64,000 nt of DNA from a virus, in the IMG/VR virus record IMGVR_UViG_3300017971_000261, positions 1 through 64,000 of that record; one strand, given 5' to 3'. Below the pieces are notes generated by a model. The model had not been told where the DNA came from, did not search any database, and worked only from the letters and a program-made list of their open reading frames with translations. Made by a program: the position numbers and the translations under genes. Below are positions 1-8,820 of the stretch, piece after piece (position 1 is the first letter of the stretch; each line of letters begins with the position of its first letter).

Positions 1-2
1 AA

Positions 3-698
3 AACGAGCTGATACAAAGGAACGCAGAGCTTGAGGAATTCACATATATCGTTAGCCACGACCTGCAAGAACCACTCAGACGCATCAAGACCTTCAGTCA
101 GCTTCTGAAGAAATCCCTGGGTGACAACTTGTCTAAAGACCAAAAGCGGCATTTCGGTTTTCTCATTGATAGTGCTGAACGTATGGGAAAATTGATCAAG
201 GATCTATTGGAATTATCGCGTATCGGTTCCGCGCCAAGAAATGGCGACACGTGCAATATGAGTAGATTGGTGCGTAAAGTGGTGGAAGATTTAGGAGACC
301 TTATGGGTGAGTCTAATGCTGAGATTGAAGTTGCCAAATTGCCAACCATAAAAGGAAATGCGTCTTTGATTAGTCAGTTAATGGGGAACATACTGAGTAA
401 TGCTCTAAAGTATCATCGCAAAAACACAAAATCTTACGTAAAGGTCTACGCCTCCACGAGATCAGGACAGGAAGTTATTTGCGTAGAAGACAACGGAATA
501 GGCATAGACGAGAAATATCATGACCAAATATTCAAACCGTTTACAAGATTACATCGTTCCGACGAATACACGGGAAGCGGCGTTGGCCTTACAATCTGTA
601 AACGGATCGTTGATAAACATGGATGGACTATGGACTTCGAGTCCACCCCAGGAAAGGGTTCGATCTTCTGGTTCACTTTCGGAGAAAGAAATGAGTAA
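3..698 (+). CDS. Sensor histidine kinase, Cph1/bacteriophytochrome-like HisKA + HATPase_c (5'-truncated by window)
   Basis: Frame open from base 3: ELEEFTYIVSHDLQEPLR (H-box), NILSNALKY (N), EDNGIGI (G1), IFKPF (F), GSGVGL (G2). Confidence 0.93.
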   Translation, partial: NELIQRNAELEEFTYIVSHDLQEPLRRIKTFSQLLKKSLGDNLSKDQKRHFGFLIDSAERMGKLIKDLLELSRIGSAPRNGDTCNMSRLVRKVVEDLGDLMGESNAEIEVAKLPTIKGNASLISQLMGNILSNALKYHRKNTKSYVKVYASTRSGQEVICVEDNGIGIDEKYHDQIFKPFTRLHRSDEYTGSGVGLTICKRIVDKHGWTMDFESTPGKGSIFWFTFGERNE

Positions 699-1140
699 GA
701 ATCACGTTCGGATACTCTTGATTGACGATGACGACAGTTACCAAGTTATTCTTGAGACAGCACTTAAAGCTGAAGATTCGACCATCGAATACGACATCGA
801 TTGGTATAGCGGGCTTGAAGAAGGAATTCAGTTTGAGCACGACCTATACATCATCGACCACCGAATTGCTAACCGCCCGATGTCGCAGAAAATCATCAAA
901 GCTATACGTGAACAAGATCCGCACGGGGCCATCATTGTGCTATCCGGTTTTGGGTCATATCAGTTACTCAAAGAGCTAGGTGCTCTAGGTGTGATTTGTT
1001 TTGTTGACAAAGATGATTGTGACATTCGTCCAATCGCTGAGGCAGCAAAGGAAATCGCATCAACCAAGTCGAGGCTTCAGGTGATGAAGCAGAAGATCAC
1101 CTCAGTCGAAAGTCTACTTAACGGTGGCCAAAACGTGTAG
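691..1140 (+). CDS. Response regulator receiver (REC) protein
   Basis: ILLIDDD, DLYIID, IIVLSG, FVDK; start overlaps kinase stop. Confidence 0.85.
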   Translation: MSKNHVRILLIDDDDSYQVILETALKAEDSTIEYDIDWYSGLEEGIQFEHDLYIIDHRIANRPMSQKIIKAIREQDPHGAIIVLSGFGSYQLLKELGALGVICFVDKDDCDIRPIAEAAKEIASTKSRLQVMKQKITSVESLLNGGQNV

Positions 1141-1150
1141 GGATCTTTCT

Positions 1151-1570
1151 ATGGACACAAACCATATTATCCTCATCGAGGATGACGATGCCGACGCTGA
1201 ACTCTTCGTTTCAGTGGCGTCAGATCTCTGTAGTGACATTAGGAGAATTAAAGATGGTGAAGAAGCCGTACAGTATTTCTCTAATCCTTCTCTGAGTCCT
1301 CCTGATGTAGTTTTCCTAGATTTGAACATGCCCAAACTCGATGGGAGGCAAATACTAAGTTTCTTGCGCTCAGAGGATAGACTTCGACGAATCCCTGTGG
1401 TTGTTCTGACTTCTTCAAAATCAGAGAGAGATGTAGATCTGTGCTACGAAAACTGTGCTAATATCTACATTGTGAAGCCTCTAGATTTGGCAGATTTCAC
1501 GCATGCTGTCACCAGCATTCTTACAACATGGTTTGTCTTAGCGACGATCCCTACCTGTGTGCGGGATTAG
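1151..1570 (+). CDS. Single-domain response regulator, Rcp1-like
   Basis: ILIEDDDADA, PDVVFLDLNMPKLDG, IPVVVLTSS, ANIYIVKP. Confidence 0.92.
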   Translation: MDTNHIILIEDDDADAELFVSVASDLCSDIRRIKDGEEAVQYFSNPSLSPPDVVFLDLNMPKLDGRQILSFLRSEDRLRRIPVVVLTSSKSERDVDLCYENCANIYIVKPLDLADFTHAVTSILTTWFVLATIPTCVRD

Positions 1571-1613
1571 AAGTCGCAAGTTTCTGGCTGTTTTTGTGTG
1601 TAAGGAGGATCGC

Positions 1614-2042
1614 ATGATGGCAGCTCGGCTTCCCAAAGACTGGAAAGACAGAATCGAATTAGCCTATGAGAATGAGTGTGACAAGATCATCTATTATCTC
1701 ATGTTCAAGAAGACCAAGATTCCTAAGGGGTTTAACCGTGAGATCGGCGACCTAGCTGTTGAAACCAACGGCCTCCATATCGTTGAGGGTCCAAACATCG
1801 TCAAATGTATGCAGAGACGGGGCCTAGGAACTATGCTCTATGAACGCGCTATCAGGGACCTTGGTTTCATCAGTGTCGAATGGAGCGATGTGACAGTACC
1901 AGGCAAACACGCATGGAGAAGTCTCACAACACGCTGGCCATTCAGTTTAGATCTTTCCGATGGTGTGATAACGGTTTACAGGAAACGCCAGAGACGTAGC
2001 AGACGAAAGTGCGACGTGTTCGTTTTCCCGCATACGGCATAA
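1614..2042 (+). CDS. GNAT-like acetyltransferase-fold protein
   Basis: QRRGLGTMLY resembles acetyl-CoA motif A; AAGGAGG RBS. Confidence 0.5.
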   Translation: MMAARLPKDWKDRIELAYENECDKIIYYLMFKKTKIPKGFNREIGDLAVETNGLHIVEGPNIVKCMQRRGLGTMLYERAIRDLGFISVEWSDVTVPGKHAWRSLTTRWPFSLDLSDGVITVYRKRQRRSRRKCDVFVFPHTA

Positions 2043-2478
2043 AGTGTCGTTCATCGTAGCAATCTTTGATGCAGTCTATTCCCATTGACGTGATTCGCAC
2101 TTTCTTGCCTGAAAGTTCCACCATTCCGTAGGATGCAAGCCGTTCTAGTGATTCACTGAGTTTAGAGAGCGACACGAAGACCTTGAGATCAACCCCGGGA
2201 TTCAACGGAACGACAAGTGAAGCACCGAATTGGAAGTAATCCTCAACGTCTATCTGAGTCCAGCATCCGACATAGGCGTACATGAGACCGAGCCATATCA
2301 GACAATGATCATCTCCGGGTTGCAGCGGGACTTCCGGTTCTTGTACTTTGGCGGAATTCGCCCAGAAGGGAGCCACATGGACGGTGATCTTTTCAGGAAA
2401 CTGCCCTGGACCGAAGTTCAACATGTCTCCGGGCTGAATCTCTTTCAGGATGTTACCACCCGAGCAGGAAGTCATCAT
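1942..2478 (-). CDS. Hypothetical protein, GxW/wHTH-like paralog family
   Basis: YVGCWTQIDVED...LERLASYGMVELSGKKVRITSMG. Confidence 0.55.
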   Translation of the reverse strand: MMTSCSGGNILKEIQPGDMLNFGPGQFPEKITVHVAPFWANSAKVQEPEVPLQPGDDHCLIWLGLMYAYVGCWTQIDVEDYFQFGASLVVPLNPGVDLKVFVSLSKLSESLERLASYGMVELSGKKVRITSMGIDCIKDCYDERHFMPYAGKRTRRTFVCYVSGVSCKPLSHHRKDLN

Positions 2479-2986
2479 CTTCGGACCTTCTCACAAAGTC
2501 TTCCATCAATCTCTTCGCTAGATCGCTGAAGTAATACTTGCCTTCCTTGTCAATTTCAAAGAAGCCGTACCACTGAAGTTTTTTGCAGTATTGCCTGTAG
2601 TCCTTCAATTGAGGCGATGTAACCGGTATTCCAAATCGTTCATGTTCAGATTGAAGCAGTTCTTCCGGAGTCCAACTTACCCAGATGCCGGTCAAAAAAC
2701 AATGTCGGTATGCACTCAGAATGAGCGGTATCGCGCATTCCGGTGTAATCAGGTTGTCTTCGACGGACCATCCTTCCCATTTGCCCGTCTCAGAAGGCAT
2801 ATCGGACTTCAAAGCTGATGGTGGCGGCACTTCCTTTCTTCTTTCGGCAGCATCCATTCTACAGTTGATTGCTTCAGCATCGGCGAAGAGCAGCTTCAGG
2901 AAGTGTCTCTTCCAAACTGAGGTAAGAACATCAAGAACTCTTATGTCTTGTGGTTGATCCTTAAGTTCTTGCGGCCGTTTTGCCAT
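2453..2986 (-). CDS. Hypothetical protein, GxW/wHTH-like paralog family
   Basis: AGGAG RBS and upstream promoter; LTGIWVSWTPEEL...KKLQWYGFFEIDKEGKYYFS. Confidence 0.7.
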   Translation of the reverse strand: MAKRPQELKDQPQDIRVLDVLTSVWKRHFLKLLFADAEAINCRMDAAERRKEVPPPSALKSDMPSETGKWEGWSVEDNLITPECAIPLILSAYRHCFLTGIWVSWTPEELLQSEHERFGIPVTSPQLKDYRQYCKKLQWYGFFEIDKEGKYYFSDLAKRLMEDFVRRSEDDDFLLGW

Positions 2987-3004
2987 GCCGGTTTCTCCTT
3001 AGAC

Positions 3005-3033
3005 AGTATACCACATCATCTGATCGCCGTCAA
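3005..3033 (-). promoter_or_regulatory. Sigma70-type promoter with extended -10
   Basis: TTGACG-N17-TATACT, with TGTGG before the -10. Confidence 0.75.
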
Positions 3034-3115
3034 ATCCAAGGAGGTTTGATGGGCCTTTGTGGTCAACTCATATAGTGTTAGTAGGACAATAGGGTTCTAC
3101 GAAGGACGGAACGAT

Positions 3116-3256
3116 ATGACAACCAAAATGAAGGCCAAATTGGCGATTCTTGGTGTTGGCGGTTTCCTATTGATCTGCCCGTACACAGTTGGCTGTGCTG
3201 CTCTTAGTGCATTGGCGGCTCTGCTACAGATCACGGGCGGTCAACTTCCGCTGTAA
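3116..3256 (+). CDS. Small hydrophobic membrane protein
   Basis: MTTKMKAKLAILGVGGFLLICP...; followed by terminator. Confidence 0.5.
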   Translation: MTTKMKAKLAILGVGGFLLICPYTVGCAALSALAALLQITGGQLPL

Positions 3257-3277
3257 ACCAAGTCTCACGAAGCACAT

Positions 3278-3314
3278 GGCGGGGCCGGACATTCGTTCGT
3301 CCCCGCCTCTTTTC
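3278..3314 (+). terminator. Intrinsic terminator
   Basis: GGCGGGG...CCCCGCC stem then TCTTTTC. Confidence 0.65.
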
Positions 3315-3394
3315 GTATCAACCGCAGATGCATAGGAATATACCTGTTTTTGCCGCAATGAATGATAGGCAACTGATCCTGAACGGAGACCCAG

Positions 3395-3940
3395 ATGGCA
3401 CGCGCGTCCCGCTACTCGCCACAGCGAACCGGCCAATATTTCAACTACCTTGAGAGGTTTATAGTTCGCAATAGAACTAATCGTCTAATCTCTTTGGGGC
3501 CGGATACGGACTGGGTTCTCAAACCGGGTCAACAAATAGACCTTCTGAAGCGATGTACGAGAGAACAGATCAGCCAATCCAAGCGTCTTTCTCGTCTTGC
3601 GAAACGCGGTCTCATTTCGGTGCGGTGGGTAAAGCCAAAAGGCAGGATTGACCGCGATCTAAGCTTCATCAACGATGCTACTGCTGGCCTAAGTTCCTTG
3701 CCGGACCACGACCATCCTCTGGCCGACCATGAACACAGTTGTACCGACATCGTAATGGATGATCCATACTGTTGCTTCCCGCCGTGTGATCATGAACACC
3801 CTGAACTGGCTGATGCTGACCACACCCATACTGGTTTTGCTGAAGAAGATCATGAACATAGTTGTGCTGATATTGTGATGGATGACCCATACTGTTGCAC
3901 TTTCGCGATTTATGTCTTCCGTAGAGGTAGTTACTGTTGA
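3395..3940 (+). CDS. Putative virion protein with His/Cys-rich DHEHSCxDIVMDDPYCC repeats
   Basis: 181 aa ORF; HxH repeats resemble tail-fibre metal sites. Confidence 0.6.
   Translation: MARASRYSPQRTGQYFNYLERFIVRNRTNRLISLGPDTDWVLKPGQQIDLLKRCTREQISQSKRLSRLAKRGLISVRWVKPKGRIDRDLSFINDATAGLSSLPDHDHPLADHEHSCTDIVMDDPYCCFPPCDHEHPELADADHTHTGFAEEDHEHSCADIVMDDPYCCTFAIYVFRRGSYC
3725..3898 (+). repeat. Two 51-nt imperfect direct repeats (3725-3775, 3848-3898)
   Basis: Both encode DHEHSCxDIVMDDPYCC with mostly synonymous differences. Confidence 0.9.
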
Positions 3941-5342
3941 CTTCACGGTTAATGCAGGGAATCTAGTAGGAAACAATTCGACTATAGCCTTCTATGTTTA
4001 CGAACATTCACGTATGAGTATAGGATTAGAATTGGTTCCTGGATTCTGTTTCGGTCTCCGCAACGCAACAGGAATATCACAGCTAGTAAAAGTTGACACC
4101 GGCTCCATGCTTGTCTTCTATATCGGGCTTTATGGTTTAGATGCAGAAATGGATGGCAATGCTGTCGCTGACAACTTTGTTGAAGTGCGACGTAATTCTA
4201 CGATGTACATATATGACACACCATATTTGCACGTCGCTGATTTGCTATTCGGAGCAGCCATCAGCACATTGACAGCTATCATATATCAAGATTTGTCACT
4301 AACAGATAGAACCTTGTTTTTTGTTGATGGTACGAGTTCTCTAGACTATCCCTTGCCATATTACTATACTGGTGGCGTGCCCACCGGGCCATTCTCGTGC
4401 AATTTGCAGATGAGACATTTCAAGAAGATCTTCTACGCAGACGGTGGATCTATCAGCTCAGGTTCTCTCAAGCCATACAAGTCAAATTCTGAGTCAGACA
4501 GCGTGTTTGCTCAGTCAGACAATGGAGGTTTGATAAAGCTTAATCTAGTAAATGGTGTTGGCCAGGACAACACAACGAGTTGGTACAGAATGTTACAAGC
4601 AAGCAGCGGAAGTGCTATTGCATGTGATCTGACAGAATACGTTTTCATCTTCGTTATCGCACCAGCCCCCATAGATTATTACCAAGACAATGCTGCCACT
4701 CATTCGATGATTCTTGCAGAAAATCAGTCGAAAATTGAGTTGTATTCCGAATCAACGACTAACGACAGAATGCTGGAAACAGGGAACAACAACAGCATTC
4801 ACATGGAGACATCAGAATCTTCTTCTATCGTTTGGCACTACAGTGATGAAGATTTGTACTTTGATGGTTTAGCTAACGAACCTGTCGTGGAGAATGGAGA
4901 TTCTGGCAATTTAACCGGTTTGGATTACTTCTATCTGTCAGATGGTACCAAAATGGGTCAAGGCTGCTACATTAGCCAACGACAGTCCGGCGAGAATGTA
5001 CTTGAAGACCCATATCTTGAGTATTGTTTCCCATCATGCACTCATACACATGAGCACGAATATCCTGTTGATATTAAGACCATAACATCTGATTACACGA
5101 TAGAACCAGAGTATGAGTTGATTCTATGCAACGCCTCCTCTACTGATATTACCGTGACGATGCCAGCCGTGGCATCCGAAAATGGAAGCCGCTATTACAT
5201 TAAGAGGATCGACGATTCGGCCAATTCTGTTACTGTTGATGGGCATGGATCTGAAACAATTGATGGACAATATACGCAATCTCTGTCGCACCGAGATTGT
5301 ATACTTGTGGTGTGTGATGGCACATCATGGCACATCATATAG
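3882..5342 (+). CDS. Putative tail-fibre/virion protein
   Basis: Beta-rich body; C-terminal ILCNASSTDITVTMP...YYIKRID...TIDG...DGTSWHII module typical of phage fibre ends. Confidence 0.6.
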   Translation: MTHTVALSRFMSSVEVVTVDFTVNAGNLVGNNSTIAFYVYEHSRMSIGLELVPGFCFGLRNATGISQLVKVDTGSMLVFYIGLYGLDAEMDGNAVADNFVEVRRNSTMYIYDTPYLHVADLLFGAAISTLTAIIYQDLSLTDRTLFFVDGTSSLDYPLPYYYTGGVPTGPFSCNLQMRHFKKIFYADGGSISSGSLKPYKSNSESDSVFAQSDNGGLIKLNLVNGVGQDNTTSWYRMLQASSGSAIACDLTEYVFIFVIAPAPIDYYQDNAATHSMILAENQSKIELYSESTTNDRMLETGNNNSIHMETSESSSIVWHYSDEDLYFDGLANEPVVENGDSGNLTGLDYFYLSDGTKMGQGCYISQRQSGENVLEDPYLEYCFPSCTHTHEHEYPVDIKTITSDYTIEPEYELILCNASSTDITVTMPAVASENGSRYYIKRIDDSANSVTVDGHGSETIDGQYTQSLSHRDCILVVCDGTSWHII

Positions 5343-5353
5343 GAGGAATACTG

Positions 5354-5977
5354 ATGGCCAATCTGCCTAAATTTCCAAACGTAACTGCATTTGTGGAGGC
5401 TGCCACTGAACGTATGGAGGCCATGAGTTCACCAGATCCCGATGCGACCTATCCTGACTTCGCAGGTACTTACAACGTCCAGTTTCTTGAATTCAATTGT
5501 CGGACGAAATGGAACCTAAACGCCGAGGGTAGGCAAAGCAGTGTGGTCTCCGATCTGCCTGTGCCATCGCTTGATTTGTCCAGTGTGCCTTCTTTGTACG
5601 GTGGTGTTCTATCAAGCGCAAACGCGTATCTTTCAGATCTTTCGTCAAAGTTGCCGAACATTCTCTCCAGCTCTATTGTTATCTACCATCATGACCCGTG
5701 GCTAGTTCGTGTGGCAAATAACGGTCAAAAGAATGTTCACTTCATTGGGCTTAACGATCCGGAAGGTTTCACATTGGACCCATCTGAGGTTTCTATGGAC
5801 ATCTTAATGGAATACATAGATGGTCTGCAGAGTATTCAGGTGGTTGGTTTGTGGAATGGGGCCAACCGCATAGGTGGAAGACTTTTGATAACATCACTAT
5901 TCAGCGAGTCTAGACCACGAAGCGGTGTCGGGATCGAACTCTCGATCGCTGCCAGGTATAGGGCCATCAGATCATGA
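5354..5977 (+). CDS. Hypothetical protein
   Basis: AGGAGG RBS; 207 aa. Confidence 0.7.
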   Translation: MANLPKFPNVTAFVEAATERMEAMSSPDPDATYPDFAGTYNVQFLEFNCRTKWNLNAEGRQSSVVSDLPVPSLDLSSVPSLYGGVLSSANAYLSDLSSKLPNILSSSIVIYHHDPWLVRVANNGQKNVHFIGLNDPEGFTLDPSEVSMDILMEYIDGLQSIQVVGLWNGANRIGGRLLITSLFSESRPRSGVGIELSIAARYRAIRS

Positions 5978-6364
5978 CCAGGCCTCGATGTATCGATCTT
6001 TCATCAGAGATCTAACCCGGTATCTTCCTGGCCTTCCTAAGTCAAGCATTCCAGTCGTAACAAGCCCGGCCAAGAGCTTGTGCTTCTGTGCTTTTGTTAA
6101 CCTCTTGTACCCTGGAAGGTTAATTTGATGTTCTCGAACAAATGTGTCTAGTTCTTTCAGGGTGAAAGAAATCCAGGTTCCAATATGTCGCATATATCGA
6201 ATGACAACTGATCCCACCACGACAAGATCGATGAGCGGACAATCGGCCTGTAAACACTCATCGTCATTGATAGGGAACTCTGGCAGATTGGTTCTTCCGG
6301 CCGGGAATACGGGATTCGGCCACGGCGAGGTGGCTGGCACATCTATGGGCAGAGGTGCTAGCAT
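5972..6364 (-). CDS. Hypothetical protein, GxW/wHTH-like paralog family (probably leaderless)
   Basis: RYMRHIGTWISFTLKEL...LVTTGMLDLGRPGRYRV; ATG 6 nt after -10 box. Confidence 0.65.
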   Translation of the reverse strand: MLAPLPIDVPATSPWPNPVFPAGRTNLPEFPINDDECLQADCPLIDLVVVGSVVIRYMRHIGTWISFTLKELDTFVREHQINLPGYKRLTKAQKHKLLAGLVTTGMLDLGRPGRYRVRSLMKDRYIEAWS

Positions 6365-6370
6365 GATGCT

Positions 6371-6399
6371 AGTATACCACAAGATTGGTCTTATGTCAA
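6371..6399 (-). promoter_or_regulatory. Sigma70-type promoter
   Basis: TTGACA-N17-TATACT with TGTGG. Confidence 0.8.
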
Positions 6400-6401
6400 G
6401 C

Positions 6402-6600
6402 AAAAAGAAAGCACTAGGTGCCCCATGGCTCGCCCAGTGCTTTCCGGAGGGGAAAAGGCCGGATCAACACTGTGTTACTCAGTGCCCTGACTCAAGGCGT
6501 GAGTTCGACCAACTGGTGATCCGACCTCTTCGGAATCGCCGCCAACGCACCGCGCCGTGCGTAGCGGCTGCCACGGCAAAATACTACCATTTTGCTGTAT
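6402..6600 (-). ncRNA. Candidate ~200-nt structured small RNA
   Basis: Own promoter (TTGACT 6633-6628, CATACT 6611-6606), several hairpins, terminator 6444-6402. Confidence 0.5.
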
Positions 6601-6726
6601 GCTCTAGTATGACACAAGTAGCGGGCAAGTCAAGTAACAATTCACTTTTTTTCGTTGATCTATGGCGGCATTGCCCAAAGGTCATTCCACAGTTCGGGCA
6701 AAAGACAAGATGAGAGGAGTTGCACC

Positions 6727-7578
6727 ATGCCACGAGATTTCAGATCTATTCCATTGGGTTGGGTTCCGGATCTTCCGGACGCTAGAGATTGGTCCTACAG
6801 AGACAAATATCCTCTTAAGATCATGAGACTTCCGAGTATAGTTGATTTGCGCCCTAAATTTGGGTCAGTCAATGACCAGGGTGAAATAGGATCATGTACA
6901 GCACAAGCTGCTACAGATTCAATGGAATATTGTGAGTATGTTGAATCAACAGACAGAAATGACTATAGTAGACTATTTCTTTACTACAACTCACGAGAAC
7001 ACAAAAACATTGACGAGGGAGCCTATCTGCGTGATGTTTTCAAATCCATGAATTCAACCGGTGTCAGCCTAGAAAATCTTTGGCCGTATGATACTTCGAA
7101 ATGGGCCGATAAACCTATAGAGGCTGCCTATGATGATGCCGGAAGCCATACAGCCATCGAATATTTGTCAGTTTCACAAAACGCTACGGAACTGAAATCT
7201 GTGTTAGCTGAAGGTTTCCCGATCACATTTGGCATGACTATCTACGTGTCGTTTTATGAGACAGGACAAAATGGCATGGTCCCGACACCTACTCTAGACG
7301 AGACTGCTGAAGGCGGTCATGCAATGCTCATTGTTGGTTATAACAGCACTAAACAGGTATACATCGTCAGGAATAGTTGGGGCGATGATTGGGGCGAGCA
7401 TGGATACTGCTACATACCATCTGCAATGGTAGAGAGCAGAAACTATTCAGATAATTTTTGGGTTGTAAAGCGTATTGGACAAGAGGTACCAACCGAGAGA
7501 GCTTCATCTTGTTGTGGTGTTGCTCAATCGGCACGCAGAAAAATCAAAGCAGCCTGGGACGGTCTGAAGTATGGATAG
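6727..7578 (+). CDS. Papain-like cysteine protease (C1A, xylellain-like)
   Basis: GWVPDLPDARD, DQGEIGSCTA, GGHAMLIVGY, RNSWG. Confidence 0.93.
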   Translation: MPRDFRSIPLGWVPDLPDARDWSYRDKYPLKIMRLPSIVDLRPKFGSVNDQGEIGSCTAQAATDSMEYCEYVESTDRNDYSRLFLYYNSREHKNIDEGAYLRDVFKSMNSTGVSLENLWPYDTSKWADKPIEAAYDDAGSHTAIEYLSVSQNATELKSVLAEGFPITFGMTIYVSFYETGQNGMVPTPTLDETAEGGHAMLIVGYNSTKQVYIVRNSWGDDWGEHGYCYIPSAMVESRNYSDNFWVVKRIGQEVPTERASSCCGVAQSARRKIKAAWDGLKYG

Positions 7579-7600
7579 CGCCAGGCTATAATAGGTTATC

Positions 7601-8569
7601 ATGAAACGTTTTCTGAAGTACTCCGGTGTTGTTTTGATTATCGTTGCTGGTTGGGGATTAGTTGTCGCCTCGTTCTTTGGAGATCAAATCAAACAAGCAT
7701 ATGACTCCTACTTTCCGCCGCCCACATCCCAACCCGCTTATGTTGAGAAAGAGTTCTTGATTGGCGAAGGCTTGCGCCCACTTATCCCTCTAGAAGATGA
7801 GATAATCGGGCCTCCAAGCCCCGTACCAGACAAACCGTGCAGCAAACTGCGAACCCAGGTTTTCGATCCAACCGTTAAGATCATTGTGAAGAAAGATGTC
7901 GCTGTCCTTACTCTCCAGCCAACATCTCAAACCTTCTTTGATGTTTATGAGAAGATTGTTCCATCTAGTCTAGGCGGCGTGAAATATGAAGTGCATGCAT
8001 GCGGTACTGGCTTTGTTGTCAAACGAGACGAAAGAGGATCTGTTGTTGCTACAGCGGCACATGCTGTTCGCGGTGCTACTGTTGTTGGGGTAATATCCTA
8101 TGAATGGGAAGATGGCAAAACCATAGAGAAGGCACATGCAGCGTCAGTTATTACGGTATTTGCCCCTGAGGCTGGAGAAGATGCTGATCGCTCCGATGTC
8201 GCCCTGTTACGTGTGCCGAACCTGTTCACGGTCGAACCTGTGAAGTTAGCTGAATGTGGAGCAGAATGGGGAGAACCGCTTCTTGGTTCGCACTGCAGCC
8301 TGAGCAAACCACCTATTTTGACGACAGGCCTAGTTTCTCAATTGCCTGAAGACGAAGGTGGAAAAGGTTTTCTTCGATGTTCGGTTCCTATCTACCCCGG
8401 AGCAAGTGGAGGACCACTTTTTGTACGTCGAGACAGTGATTATCAGGTTGTGGGAGTTATCGCTGCAGGAGCACGATCAGACCATCCGGATGTGAACAAA
8501 TGGGCTATTTTCATGACATTTGTTGTTGGAGTCGAAAAGGTACATGAGATCATGAAAAGCTGTCCTTAA
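7601..8569 (+). CDS. Membrane-anchored trypsin-like serine protease (S1)
   Basis: N-terminal TM; TAAHAV, SDVALL, PGASGGP triad motifs. Confidence 0.9.
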   Translation: MKRFLKYSGVVLIIVAGWGLVVASFFGDQIKQAYDSYFPPPTSQPAYVEKEFLIGEGLRPLIPLEDEIIGPPSPVPDKPCSKLRTQVFDPTVKIIVKKDVAVLTLQPTSQTFFDVYEKIVPSSLGGVKYEVHACGTGFVVKRDERGSVVATAAHAVRGATVVGVISYEWEDGKTIEKAHAASVITVFAPEAGEDADRSDVALLRVPNLFTVEPVKLAECGAEWGEPLLGSHCSLSKPPILTTGLVSQLPEDEGGKGFLRCSVPIYPGASGGPLFVRRDSDYQVVGVIAAGARSDHPDVNKWAIFMTFVVGVEKVHEIMKSCP

Positions 8570-8659
8570 AGTAGTTTCTGGGCCAATTCCTTGCAAGAAT
8601 TCGTATTGTTGTTTTGGATAAATGTAGTGTCCCGTCTGTCTTTAGATAGATGGTGCCAT

Positions 8660-8820
8660 CCTTCAACATCTTTTTCAGACCGTTCTCCAAAACTTATGAA
8701 AATCTGAAACCACTCAAATCCTCTGTTTGGTTCTCAGTTCATCGAGGGACACTGGGCGGCAACGCCGCCCTGCAACCTTCCCTCTCCCTGAGCGTCAATT
8801 CCCGTGGAACTCACGGTATG
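8660..8820 (-). ncRNA. Putative TnpB omegaRNA (reRNA) plus guide
   Basis: Overlaps tnpB 3' end; hairpin GGGCGGC-GTT-GCCGCCC; element end ...TTTTGGAGAACGG at 8680; guide would begin TCTGAAAAAGATGTTGAAGG. Confidence 0.6.

Noticed and set aside
3725-3898. DGR template/variable repeat pair
   Set aside because: Differences are mostly third-position and not adenine-specific; no reverse transcriptase in the window
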